A model generated the notes under the pieces. The model saw only the letters and a program-made list of their open reading frames with translations. It was not told the origin of the DNA and ran no database searches. Both the position numbers and the translations under genes were made by a program. Positions 1-9,571 of a DNA stretch of 64,000 nucleotides are shown here, piece after piece (the stretch's first letter is position 1; each line of letters starts with the position of its first letter). This DNA comes from Candidatus Pacebacteria bacterium CG2_30_36_39 (GTDB lineage Bacteria; Patescibacteriota; Microgenomatia; UBA1400; PJMF01). The DNA is taken from NCBI GenBank assembly GCA_001873435.1, contig MNZB01000003.1, positions 6,427 through 70,426 on the forward strand, in the 5' to 3' direction.

Positions 1-2496
1 ATGGCAGGGGGTATTTACAACCACACCGAAATAGAAGAAAAATGGCAACAAGTGTGGGCCTCTTTGCGATTGTTTCAAGACACACAGCAATTGAAAGCTC
101 AACAAAAAGAGTTTTTGCTTTTTGCCTTTGCTTATCCTTCTGGATCTGGTTTACATGTCGGTCATGTAGAGTCTAAAACTGCTTTGGATATTAAAGCTCG
201 CTTTTCTCGCATGAATGGCAAAAATGTTTATTTTCCAGTTGGTTGGGATGCTTTTGGTTTACCGGCGGAGAATTATGCCATTAAAACAGGCATTCATCCC
301 GTGGAAACCACTAAAGCTGCCATTAATACTTTTAGACAGCAAATTCAAAGATTGGGCATTTCTTATGATTGGGCCAATGAAACAGCTACTAATCATCCAG
401 ATTACTATCGTTGGACACAATGGCTATTTTTACAGCTCTACAAGAAAGGCTTAGCTTATCAAGGACTAGGTATGGTCAACTGGTGTCCATCTTGTCAAAC
501 AGTCTTGGCTAATGAGCAGGTTGTTAATGGTAAGTGTGAAAGATGTGATTCCTTAGTTGAACAAAGAGATTTAAAACAGTGGTATTTCAAAATTACTGAA
601 TACAAAGATGAATTGTTGACTGGTCTTGATGATGTTGATTGGCCAGAGCCAACTAGGCAACAACAACGCAACTGGATTGGTAAAGCAAAAGGCTTGGCAA
701 TAGATTTTAGTTTAGAGGAAACTGGTCAAAAAATGACAGTTTGGACTAAATTTTGGGAAACTGTTTTTGGTGTGACTTTCGTAGTCATTGCTCCAGAGGC
801 TTTTAATAAGATGAATCTTTTGGAAAAAGTTTCCGTTGATAGACGAGCTGAAGTAGAGAAGTATCTGGAAACAGCCAAACATAAAACAGAAGAAGAACGT
901 CGGATTGGTGAAAAAGATAAAACTGGTGTGCTTACTGGATTAACAGTAATTAATCCAGTTAATGGTTCAAAAGTTCCTTTATTTATAGCTGATTATGTCC
1001 TAATGGGGGTGGGAACAGCGGTTGTTATGGGCGTTCCTGCTCATGATGAACGCGATTTTGCCTTTGCCAAAAAATATAATTTACCTATTAAGCAAGTCGT
1101 CACTTATACAGATCAAGCCTTAGATCAAGCTGTCAGGAATGGAGATCAGGCTGTTGAAGCACCAGGTTTATTGGTTAATTCTGGGGTTTTTGATGGCCAA
1201 GAAGCTTGGGGAGATGGCAAGCAAGCCATGGCAGATTGGATGATTAAGGAGGGTTTTGCTGATTGGCAAACTACTTATAAACTCAGAGATTGGTTAATTT
1301 CCAGACAACGCTATTGGGGAGCTCCTATTCCAGTGGTTTATGATCCAGAAGGACAACCACATCCAGTGAAGGAAGAACATCTTCCTTGGGTTTTACCTGT
1401 GGATGTAGATTTTAAACCAACTGGAGAGTCGCCACTTAAGTCATCTAAAGAATTTATTGAGCGCACCGAGAGGCTTTATGGAGTTGGTTGGCGTCCAGAA
1501 TTTGACACAATGGACACTTTTGTTGACTCTAGTTGGTATTTTTTAAGATATTGTGACTCAAGAAATAAGGAAAAATTTGCCGATGAACAAAAATTAGCCC
1601 ATTGGTTGCCGGTCGATCTTTATTTAATTGGTCCAGAACATATTGTGCTTCATCTTCTTTATTCTCGTTTCTTTACTAAGTTTTTGAGGGATGAGGGTTA
1701 CTTGAAGGTAGATGAACCCTTTGCCAAGATGAGACATCAAGGAATGATTCTTGGTCCTGATGGTAAGAAAATGAGCAAAAGCAAGGGAAATGTTATTAAT
1801 CCAGATGAAATAGTCGAGGAATTTGGTGCAGATACCCTCAGGGTGTATGAGATGTTTATGGGTCCACTAGAAACAGACAAGCCTTGGGATCCTAGAGCAG
1901 TAGCCGGTGTCTATCGTTTCTTACGTCGAGTTCATGGCTTGGTTTTAGATAATAAACAACAACTTCAGCATCATTTAGATCTAAAATCTTCCTTACCACT
2001 TCAACGCAAGCTTCACCAAACTATTCGTAAAGCAACTTTTAATATCCCGCAACTTAAATTCAACACTGTTATTTCAACCATGATGGAGCTTACTAATCTC
2101 TGGGAAGAAGAAAAGAAAACTGCTGGTTTCTTGAGTAATGAAGATTTATTGAGCTTTATTCTTTTATTGGCTCCGTTCGCACCATTTTTAACTGAAGAGC
2201 TATATTCTTTGTGTTTTTCAGGTCAAGAAAAGAACGATGAATATCGTGGAGTACATGTTCAATCATGGCCTATTTTTGATCCAGTTCTTGCCCAGGAAGA
2301 AAATGTCAATTTTGCTGTTCAGGTAAACGGAAAAATTAGAGCTCAGATGCAAGTAGAAGCTGGTCAAGCAGGAGAAAAAGATTTTGTCTTAAAAAAAGCC
2401 AAAGAGCTAGCTGAGGTGAAGCTTTGGCTTGAAGGAAAAGCCATTGTAAAAGAAATCTTTGTTCCAGGTAAGATTGTGAGTTTTGTTGTTAGATAA
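1..2496 (+). CDS. leuS: Leucyl-tRNA synthetase
   Basis: PYPSG-like AYPSGSGLHVGH (HIGH motif), GWDAFGLPAENYA, WLISRQRYWG, DTMDTFVDSSWY, KMSKS; 831 aa. Confidence 0.98.
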   Translation: MAGGIYNHTEIEEKWQQVWASLRLFQDTQQLKAQQKEFLLFAFAYPSGSGLHVGHVESKTALDIKARFSRMNGKNVYFPVGWDAFGLPAENYAIKTGIHPVETTKAAINTFRQQIQRLGISYDWANETATNHPDYYRWTQWLFLQLYKKGLAYQGLGMVNWCPSCQTVLANEQVVNGKCERCDSLVEQRDLKQWYFKITEYKDELLTGLDDVDWPEPTRQQQRNWIGKAKGLAIDFSLEETGQKMTVWTKFWETVFGVTFVVIAPEAFNKMNLLEKVSVDRRAEVEKYLETAKHKTEEERRIGEKDKTGVLTGLTVINPVNGSKVPLFIADYVLMGVGTAVVMGVPAHDERDFAFAKKYNLPIKQVVTYTDQALDQAVRNGDQAVEAPGLLVNSGVFDGQEAWGDGKQAMADWMIKEGFADWQTTYKLRDWLISRQRYWGAPIPVVYDPEGQPHPVKEEHLPWVLPVDVDFKPTGESPLKSSKEFIERTERLYGVGWRPEFDTMDTFVDSSWYFLRYCDSRNKEKFADEQKLAHWLPVDLYLIGPEHIVLHLLYSRFFTKFLRDEGYLKVDEPFAKMRHQGMILGPDGKKMSKSKGNVINPDEIVEEFGADTLRVYEMFMGPLETDKPWDPRAVAGVYRFLRRVHGLVLDNKQQLQHHLDLKSSLPLQRKLHQTIRKATFNIPQLKFNTVISTMMELTNLWEEEKKTAGFLSNEDLLSFILLLAPFAPFLTEELYSLCFSGQEKNDEYRGVHVQSWPIFDPVLAQEENVNFAVQVNGKIRAQMQVEAGQAGEKDFVLKKAKELAEVKLWLEGKAIVKEIFVPGKIVSFVVR

Positions 2497-2519
2497 TAAA
2501 TTATAGTTTTGAAGTCAGA

Positions 2520-2558
2520 AATCCCCTTTATGGTTAATTCATAAGGGGGATTTTTTTT
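2520..2558 (+). terminator. Intrinsic terminator after leuS
   Basis: ATCCCCTTTATG-loop-CATAAGGGGGAT hairpin followed by a T run. Confidence 0.8.
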
Positions 2559-3189
2559 GCCAAATTTTATTTTTCCTAACTTGTTAGAGAAAATCTACCA
2601 TGGCCTTGAACTATTTTCTGGAGTTCTTGGTTTAATTGGCATTTGCTATGGTCTTAAGCTGATCTTGGTTGAAAGAGCGCAGGTGCCGTTGTGTTCTTTG
2701 GAATTATTACAGCAGCAACAAAGAGAACTTCGGCTTCAGCAGCCCAAAATAACGGTAGAAGTTAATGGTGCTGTCAATGAACCGGGAGTTTGGCAATTCG
2801 AACGAGGACAAAGGATAGGAGAGGCTCTGGAGAGAGCTGGAGGGATTAACAAAGATGCCAATGCTGGCTTTTTAGCCAAACAATTAAATTTGGCTAGTCA
2901 GCTTAAAGATGGAGACAAGATATACCTGCCTTTTATTGGAGAAGAGGAGAAGACAAGTGAAGAATTGTCTGCAAGCACCCCAATTGAAAAAAATATTAGT
3001 CAATCAAAAGAAAAAATATCGGTTAATTTGGCTTCTATTGATGATTTAAAAACCTTAAATGGAATTGGAGATTCAAGAGCTGAAGCAATTGTTGCCAATA
3101 GACCCTATGCACAATTGGGTGAGTTGGTTAGTAAAAAAGCTTTATCTCAAACATTGTTTGATGAGTTAGCTAATGAATTAACATTGTAA
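2557..3189 (+). CDS. comEA: ComEA DNA receptor (SLBB + helix-hairpin-helix)
   Basis: N-terminal TM, VEVNGAVNEPGV, NLASQLKDGDKIYLP, VNLAS..L..LNGIG..RAEAIV. Confidence 0.92.
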   Translation: MPNFIFPNLLEKIYHGLELFSGVLGLIGICYGLKLILVERAQVPLCSLELLQQQQRELRLQQPKITVEVNGAVNEPGVWQFERGQRIGEALERAGGINKDANAGFLAKQLNLASQLKDGDKIYLPFIGEEEKTSEELSASTPIEKNISQSKEKISVNLASIDDLKTLNGIGDSRAEAIVANRPYAQLGELVSKKALSQTLFDELANELTL

Positions 3190-3274
3190 AAAAACTCAAT
3201 TTTGACACTAACTTATATACAGAAAAAAATATTTTTTTTAATATAAAACTATCCTAAATAAAAAATAATTACAA

Positions 3275-4651
3275 ATGCATCATAAAATACCCAAAGTCTG
3301 TATAGTTAAGAAAGAAAAAACTAGAGTACTTCTTAATAGTTTGATTGTCATAATACTATTAATAGTAATAGCAAATAGTGCAACAATACTAAAGATAACA
3401 AAAGCAATCCCAGTCAAAACCCAAAGACAAGTTGATAGTCATTTAATGAGTTTTACTCAAGTAGGACAGTGGATATACAGTGATATTGTTTGTACTATTC
3501 AAAAAAATGCTTATTTTATCAATAATTTTACTCAAGTAATCCAGGCTATAAGTGTTAAATTTAGCAGATGGATAATGTCATCTGCTACTGATATTTTGCA
3601 GAGAAAAAAGCTGATAAATAGCTCCAAAAAGCTATTTAAACTTGAGGTGTTTTTGCTTAAGTATCGGTTTTTTGAATATCGAAAATTACTTGAGAAATAC
3701 CAGGCTAGAGTCACTAATATAACGAAGTTATACCAAAACAAAGATTCTCTTTCTTTAGTAAAAGGCCTGGTTTTTGGTGAAAAAGACAACAAGGCTTTGT
3801 ATTATGCTGATTTTGAGCGAGCTGGAATGATTCATATTTTAGTAGCCTCTGGTTTTAATATCGTTTTAGTCATTAGCCTGGTGGGAATGTTTTTATCGCG
3901 CCTTCACCAGAGGAAAATGAAGCTTTTTATAATTATATCTATTATTTGTCTTTATTCTTGGTTTCTTGAGGGGAATCCGCCGATTTTGCGGGCTTGCCTG
4001 ATGTCAGGTCTGGTACTTATCTTAATAGAAGGTGGTAAGCGGATAAATACATGGCGTTTATTAATTTTATCTGCTTTAGTTCTCATATTTTTTTCTTTGG
4101 ATTACCTCAAGTCTTTGTCATTTTGGTTTTCTTTTTTGGCTACAGCAGGCTTAATTTTATTTAGGCAAACCTATGAATTGTTTTCTCCCTCCTCGAGTAA
4201 AAAATCTACTTCTAAATGGTATATGAGGCTAATCTTATTTTTTATTGAGGAATTTAAAAATTCTTTAGCTGCTCAATCACTAATTTTTCCTCTACTAGTG
4301 TTGTTTTTTCATCAAATTAACTGGCTGAGTTTTATTACTAATACCTTGTTTCTGTTTCCGATAGCCTGGTTTACTCAAGTAGGATTTGTGGTATTTGGTC
4401 TGGTGGCTTTGCTGAAAACAACTTATTTTTTGGTATTTTTAGCACCTTTTATCTTGATATATGATTCTTTATTGACATTTTATATGAATAGTATTGGTTC
4501 TTTGAATTTCTTATTTTTTCTAAGCCAACCAGTCTTTTCTAGAGAAAATACCTGGTGGTTACTGATGTGGCTTCTAGTATTTTCTTTATTTTTATTTATC
4601 AACCGAAATAAACACCACACTAAAAAGCTCTTTTTTCATGAAACTGTCTAA
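3275..4651 (+). CDS. comEC: ComEC/Rec2 competence (membrane) domain protein; start uncertain
   Basis: AGMIHILVASGFN, PPILRACLM, SLSFWFSFLAT motifs, many TM helices, follows comEA. Confidence 0.85.
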   Translation: MHHKIPKVCIVKKEKTRVLLNSLIVIILLIVIANSATILKITKAIPVKTQRQVDSHLMSFTQVGQWIYSDIVCTIQKNAYFINNFTQVIQAISVKFSRWIMSSATDILQRKKLINSSKKLFKLEVFLLKYRFFEYRKLLEKYQARVTNITKLYQNKDSLSLVKGLVFGEKDNKALYYADFERAGMIHILVASGFNIVLVISLVGMFLSRLHQRKMKLFIIISIICLYSWFLEGNPPILRACLMSGLVLILIEGGKRINTWRLLILSALVLIFFSLDYLKSLSFWFSFLATAGLILFRQTYELFSPSSSKKSTSKWYMRLILFFIEEFKNSLAAQSLIFPLLVLFFHQINWLSFITNTLFLFPIAWFTQVGFVVFGLVALLKTTYFLVFLAPFILIYDSLLTFYMNSIGSLNFLFFLSQPVFSRENTWWLLMWLLVFSLFLFINRNKHHTKKLFFHETV

Positions 4652-5504
4652 TAAAACCATTTTTTGTCTATTTCTATTTTTTGCTATTTTTTTATTTTTT
4701 CTAATTTTAAAATGGCCAGATAAATCAATTAAAATTACAATATGCGATGTTGGTCAAGGCGACTCTATCTTGATCCAGCAAGGCTTTTTTCAATTGCTAA
4801 TTGATAGCGGAAGAGATGATCGAGTGCTAGGTTGTTTGGGTAGTGTTCTGCCTTTTTGGGATCGAGTGATTGAGGTCGGTATTGTTACTCATTTTGACAC
4901 CGATCACATGGGGTACTTCGGAGAAATTATGGGTATGTTCCAATGGCAAGAACTTTATTTCCTCCAGCCTAGAAAAACCTCAGCTGAAATCAAGTCCCTA
5001 CTAGAGGTATTTAGTCAGGCTAATGAATTAGGAACTTACCTCAAAGAGCCGATTTTAGGCCAAACAATCGTTTTGCCCTCTGGAGCAAAGGTTACTTTAC
5101 TCGAGATAACTTCGATTAATCAATCTAAAACCTTGTCTGAAAATAATAGGTCGGTTGGGACACTGCTTGAATACGGTAAAACTAAATGGCTTTTTACCGG
5201 AGATGGAGAGGTAGATTGGGAAGAAAGTTTATTAGCTAAATCGATATTACCTCAAGTAGATGTGCTTAAAATTGCTCATCATGGAGCAGAAACAAGCTCA
5301 TCTTTGAAGTTTTTAGATAAACTACAACCAAAAATTGCCGTGATTAGCGTAGGAAAGAATAGTTATGGTCATCCGCAAGGCTCGGTTTTAGATTTATTGA
5401 TACAAACTGGATCATTGATTTTTCGTACCGATGAATCAGGGGACATAACTTTTTCTTCAGATGGTGAAAATATTTGGTTGGATAAATTATCAAAACGACC
5501 TTAG
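4638..5504 (+). CDS. ComEC C-terminal metallo-beta-lactamase domain encoded as a separate gene
   Basis: DVGQGDS, THFDTDHMG, ENNRS, LFTGD, KIAHHG, YGHP. Confidence 0.9.
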   Translation: MKLSNKTIFCLFLFFAIFLFFLILKWPDKSIKITICDVGQGDSILIQQGFFQLLIDSGRDDRVLGCLGSVLPFWDRVIEVGIVTHFDTDHMGYFGEIMGMFQWQELYFLQPRKTSAEIKSLLEVFSQANELGTYLKEPILGQTIVLPSGAKVTLLEITSINQSKTLSENNRSVGTLLEYGKTKWLFTGDGEVDWEESLLAKSILPQVDVLKIAHHGAETSSSLKFLDKLQPKIAVISVGKNSYGHPQGSVLDLLIQTGSLIFRTDESGDITFSSDGENIWLDKLSKRP

Positions 5505-5689
5505 TTTTTATAATTTACAGCAAATTAATCAAGTAAAAAATTGTTCAAAAATGAGTTTTATTTTTAACATTTTTTAGTCTTCTTAATCAGTGGTTTTTAT
5601 GTTGTAAAAAATAGATAAACACCAGTGAACATTTTGTAATTTTATTTATTAAAAAATTATTAATATTTGATCTTATTTTTTTAGTGAAA

Positions 5690-5705
5690 CCGAAAAACAA
5701 CCGAA
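5690..5705 (-). promoter_or_regulatory. TTCGG-N6-TTCGG direct-repeat box (candidate LexA-type operator)
   Basis: + strand CCGAA-AAACAA-CCGAA. Confidence 0.45.
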
Positions 5706-5869
5706 CTAAGTAGGACTATTGTTTTATTTTTTGTAAATAGAGTGCTTAGTAAAATGATTTTTTTGTTTATTTATATATTTCGCTATATTGAACACAAAAT
5801 GACGTCTATATTTATTAAATAAACCGCAAAGTAGCAAAACGACAATGAATACAAATTATGTTCGAAATC

Positions 5870-5886
5870 GTTCGGCTAATGTTCGG
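5870..5886 (+). promoter_or_regulatory. GTTCGG-N5-GTTCGG (TTCGG-N6-TTCGG) direct-repeat box (candidate LexA-type operator)
   Basis: GTTCGGCTAATGTTCGG, with an extra GTTCG half-site at 5860. Confidence 0.5.
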
Positions 5887-5992
5887 AAACATAAAAACAT
5901 AAATTTGTACTTAGCTCAGTTAATTCAAAACATTTTTTTCGAGGAAAATGATCAAAATTATCGATCATTTATTGTGTTACAATTGCCTCCAT

Positions 5993-7294
5993 ATGACTCC
6001 TAAATTAACCTATTTTTCAAAAAAACTACCAGTATTACTATTACCAATGGACGGAGTCGAATCACTCACAGTCATGGTCTTAACCAACACAGGCTCTCGC
6101 TATGAAGAAAGCAAACAATATGGCATTGCCCACTTCTTTGAACACATGGTTTTTAAGGGTACAAAAAAATATCCAACTGCTCAGGAACTAGCTGCAACCA
6201 TTGATGGTTTAGGTGCAGAGTTTAATGCTTTTACCAGCAACGAATACACCGGTTACTACGTCAAAGCAGCAGCCAAGCATGTCACAACTGCCTTGGATGT
6301 AGTTTCAGACATGTTGCTTCAGCCTAATCTTTCTCAGGAAGATATTGATAGAGAAAAGGGTGTGATTATTGAAGAAATGAATATGTATGCTGATACCCCA
6401 GCTCGTGATGTCGGTAATTTATTCAATCAAATGGCTTTCAAAGGCACTGGTTTGGGACATGATGTATTGGGTCTCAAGGAAACAGTGATGTCAATAACTA
6501 AGGCCGATTTTGAGGCTTTTCTTGCCCAATGGTATGGTTTGCCAAACATGGTGTTGGTTTTAGCTGGCAAAGCAGATGAGGTTAATAGCAAAGAAATTCA
6601 TAAGATTGTGGATGATTTTTTTCAAAAAATTCATGGTAAAAGAATTACTGAAAAAGCAGATATTAAAACCCATTTTTTTGATGGAAAACTTGCAGAACAA
6701 CGTTTAATAATTAAATACAAAGATACTCAGCAAGCTCATTTTATTTTGGGTTGGCAGGGTTTAAGGCGTGATGATGAACGTCGTTATGCTTTATCTGTTG
6801 CTTCTGCAATTATTGGTGGCAATATGAGTTCTAGATTGTTTAGTGAGATTAGAGAAAAAAGAGGTTTAAGTTATTATGTCCATTCAGATGTTGATCAATA
6901 CCATGAGACTGGAGTTTTTGGAGCTTCTGCCGGGGTTGATCCTGGTAGAGTGGAAGAAGCTATTTTGGTTGCCGCACAGGAATTTCATAGTTTGGCTAAT
7001 GCCAAAAAACCAGTGACTGAAATCGAGCTTAAGAGAGCTAAGGAGTTTCTCATTGGTAGTGCCGTTCTTGGGTTAGAAGATAGTAGTTCTGTGGCTCAAT
7101 TTTATGGCTTACGTCAGGTTTTATCTGGAGAAATCGAAACTTTAGAGGCGGTGATAGAGAAAATTCAGCAGGTAACTATTCAAGATGTTCAAGATGTTTT
7201 TAAATTGTTGATTAAGCCTGGTGAAATGCGCCTGGCTTTGATTGGTCCGTATAAGGATGAAGCTAAATTTGAGAAGTTGATTGAAGAGTTTTAA
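5993..7294 (+). CDS. M16 (pitrilysin) family zinc peptidase
   Basis: GSRYE, inverted Zn motif HFFEH, NAFTS, SSRLFSEIREKRGLSY; start placed at ATG 5993 downstream of TGTTACAAT extended -10. Confidence 0.95.
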   Translation: MTPKLTYFSKKLPVLLLPMDGVESLTVMVLTNTGSRYEESKQYGIAHFFEHMVFKGTKKYPTAQELAATIDGLGAEFNAFTSNEYTGYYVKAAAKHVTTALDVVSDMLLQPNLSQEDIDREKGVIIEEMNMYADTPARDVGNLFNQMAFKGTGLGHDVLGLKETVMSITKADFEAFLAQWYGLPNMVLVLAGKADEVNSKEIHKIVDDFFQKIHGKRITEKADIKTHFFDGKLAEQRLIIKYKDTQQAHFILGWQGLRRDDERRYALSVASAIIGGNMSSRLFSEIREKRGLSYYVHSDVDQYHETGVFGASAGVDPGRVEEAILVAAQEFHSLANAKKPVTEIELKRAKEFLIGSAVLGLEDSSSVAQFYGLRQVLSGEIETLEAVIEKIQQVTIQDVQDVFKLLIKPGEMRLALIGPYKDEAKFEKLIEEF

Positions 7295-7749
7295 TTTTTT
7301 AACTGTTTTTTTAGTTAGTTTATTTGCCCAATGGTTTGTTGGTGCTTTTTTTTGTGGTGTTTTTTGATTTTTTATTTCTGTTCTATTTTTATATATTAAA
7401 CAATATTAAAAAATAGTTTGATCGGTAATCAATGAAAATATGACCAGATGATAAGCGGTCTATATATTAACAAGTATATGTGAGTGCATCACACAAGAGA
7501 TATTATTAAATATATTGATACATTAAATTATATATATTTTTTTCTAATTATTACTACTTTTTTATTCTTTGTCTGGTTTTAATTATTTTAAAGAAAAAAT
7601 AGATGCTATTTGAAATATTAATATATATTAAAGTAACTTTTGATCATAGAAAAAAATACCTCAATGTTTTGTTTCACTGATTTTCGTCTAAGCCGAGAGG
7701 TGCTAAGATACAAGTCAAGAAATATTAGTATTAAAGAAAGGGAATTTTT

Positions 7750-8217
7750 ATGGCTTTTACTCGTACAGCCGTTTTAGTCAAACCAGATGGTTTGCAACGT
7801 GGCCTAATCGGTGAAATTATTAGTCGCTTTGAGCGCAAGGGCTTGAAACTAGTTGCTCTAAAAATGGTTAATATGACAGACGAAATGCTCTCTGAATGGT
7901 ATGCAGAGCACAAGGATAAATCATTTTTTGGTGATCTAAAGAGTTTCATGGGTTCTTTACCAATTGTTGCCATGGCTTGGGAAGGTATTGATGTAGTTCC
8001 AGTTGTGCGCAAATTAGTTGGCACCACCTTAGGAAGAGAAGCAGAAGCTGGTTCTATTCGTGGTGATTTTGGTATGAGCCAACAATATAACTTGATTCAT
8101 GCTTCATCTAGCGAATCCGATGCAGAACGTGAAATTGCCATCGTTTTCGAAAAAGATGAGGTTTTGGGATATAACAGTGCTCTTGATGGTGTTGTTTATG
8201 CCGATTACGAGCGTTAG
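7750..8217 (+). CDS. ndk: Nucleoside diphosphate kinase
   Basis: KPDGLQRGLIGEII, GSIRGDF, NLIHAS catalytic His. Confidence 0.97.
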   Translation: MAFTRTAVLVKPDGLQRGLIGEIISRFERKGLKLVALKMVNMTDEMLSEWYAEHKDKSFFGDLKSFMGSLPIVAMAWEGIDVVPVVRKLVGTTLGREAEAGSIRGDFGMSQQYNLIHASSSESDAEREIAIVFEKDEVLGYNSALDGVVYADYER

Positions 8218-8241
8218 CTTGATATTTTGTATTTTGAAATT

Positions 8242-8272
8242 AAAAAAGCCGGCTAGTTAGTCGGCTTTTTTT
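8242..8272 (+). terminator. Intrinsic terminator after ndk
   Basis: AAAAAAGCCGGCTAGTTAGTCGGCTTTTTTT. Confidence 0.85.
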
Positions 8273-8288
8273 GTGAGATAAATGTCTT

Positions 8289-9134
8289 GTGCTAGAAAAT
8301 GAAAATCACAATCAAGAGCAGGGAACAAAGAAAAAAATTAAAAATGAACTACTAAATAGACTTAGTAGCTTGTTTTTTGGTTCAAAAAATAAACGAGATG
8401 GTGGGGAGAATCCTAAGGCTGAGGAAAAAAAGATTGATCCAGAAATTATCCAATTCAACCAAGAACAGATTGTTTTGGCAGTGAATAAAATTTTAGAAAT
8501 AGCCAAGAAAAAACCTAAAAAGCTTGGTTTGGTGGCCCAAGTGGAGTTGAGTTTAAAAAATAGGGATGGAGAAGTTTTACCTAGCTTTATGCGTTATTTG
8601 GTTGCTGGTTCTACTGGTGGAATTTATTACCATGATGAAACCATGGCTTTCCGTTTTGAGTTATTCGCTCAAAAAGCTCCTGCTCCAGATAGTTTAACCT
8701 TTGTTCCTCAACCGAGTGATTTTGAACATTATAAAAAAGAAGGTGTTACTCCAGTTGCTTTTAGAGAAAACTATTTTGCTGATTTGGAAAGTGTTGATCC
8801 AGAAATTGATGGATTACCGTTAGTTGGCATGTCTTATACTGATTGGGAATTTCGTGGCTTGGGTATTGCCACTCAACTTTTCACTGAGGTAAATTCTGTT
8901 TTACCAGTTAAAGATTTTGTTAAAAGAACTAAAAGATTCTGGGAAGACTATGACTTACCAGAAGGTATTTCTAGCGTTACTTGTATTCTTACTGATGCAA
9001 CTTATCGCTATGGAAATAGTAAGGTGGGGTGGACCACTAGGCTTTTAGAAAAAATGGGCTTGGAAGAAGCAGATCGCTCAAAGTATCCTACTAGTGAAAA
9101 AACCAAGGCATATTTGCAAAGAATTTCTTTGTAA
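8289..9134 (+). CDS. Hypothetical protein with possible GNAT acetyl-CoA motif
   Basis: 281 aa ORF; EFRGLGIATQLF resembles GNAT motif A (RxxGxA). Confidence 0.6.
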   Translation: MLENENHNQEQGTKKKIKNELLNRLSSLFFGSKNKRDGGENPKAEEKKIDPEIIQFNQEQIVLAVNKILEIAKKKPKKLGLVAQVELSLKNRDGEVLPSFMRYLVAGSTGGIYYHDETMAFRFELFAQKAPAPDSLTFVPQPSDFEHYKKEGVTPVAFRENYFADLESVDPEIDGLPLVGMSYTDWEFRGLGIATQLFTEVNSVLPVKDFVKRTKRFWEDYDLPEGISSVTCILTDATYRYGNSKVGWTTRLLEKMGLEEADRSKYPTSEKTKAYLQRISL

Positions 9135-9151
9135 TAATTTCATTAACTTGT

Positions 9152-9180
9152 AAAAAAGCCGACTAGCTAGCCGGCTTTTC
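9152..9180. terminator. Bidirectional terminator, inverted near-copy of the 8242 hairpin
   Basis: AAAAAAGCCGACTAGCTAGCCGGCTTTTC between convergent genes. Confidence 0.75.
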
Positions 9181-9198
9181 AAAATTCTAATTATTCTT

Positions 9199-9345
9199 TT
9201 ATTCTTTAACTACAACCTGGTTCCCATCACTGTCGTGGGAAATATAGGTAGAATTATCTTCACCAGCTTCAACCAATTGAGTTGGGGTCATATCTTCAGT
9301 TTTTGTAATTTCTGGGTCGTTGTGAAATCTAAATCTTCTTTCCAT
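9199..9345 (-). CDS. Small hypothetical protein (48 aa) downstream of tRNA-Arg
   Basis: MERRFRFHNDPE...; AAGGA SD-like sequence before ATG at 9345. Confidence 0.5.
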   Translation of the reverse strand: MERRFRFHNDPEITKTEDMTPTQLVEAGEDNSTYISHDSDGNQVVVKE

Positions 9346-9357
9346 AATTTCCTTTTG

Positions 9358-9429
9358 TGCTCCCACCGGGAATTGGACCTGGATCTGTCGCTTAGGAGGC
9401 AACTGTTCTATCCGTTGAACTATGGGAGC
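9358..9429 (-). tRNA. tRNA-Arg(CCT)
   Basis: GCTCCCA/TGGGAGC acceptor stem, anticodon arm GTTGC-CTCCTAA-GCGAC; T-loop TCCAATT is atypical. Confidence 0.9.
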
Positions 9430-9571
9430 TAATTGCTCCATGTATTATAGCAACGAAATAATGTTGTAATTATACCATTTGATATATTTTTAGATCTGAC
9501 TTCCTCTTGTGTCTGTTATAAAACTGCTTATACTGAAATAGATGGTGTAGTAGCATTTGAGAGGAATTGAT

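Noticed and set aside
7479-7493. CRP-like site
   Set aside because: Spacer is 5 bp, not the required 6
5505-7749. oriC in the AT-rich spacers
   Set aside because: No clustered TTATCCACA boxes and no dnaA/dnaN in the window
9199-9441. 80-aa ORF from the track
   Set aside because: Its N-terminal part runs through tRNA-Arg; only the 48-aa portion from 9345 is plausible
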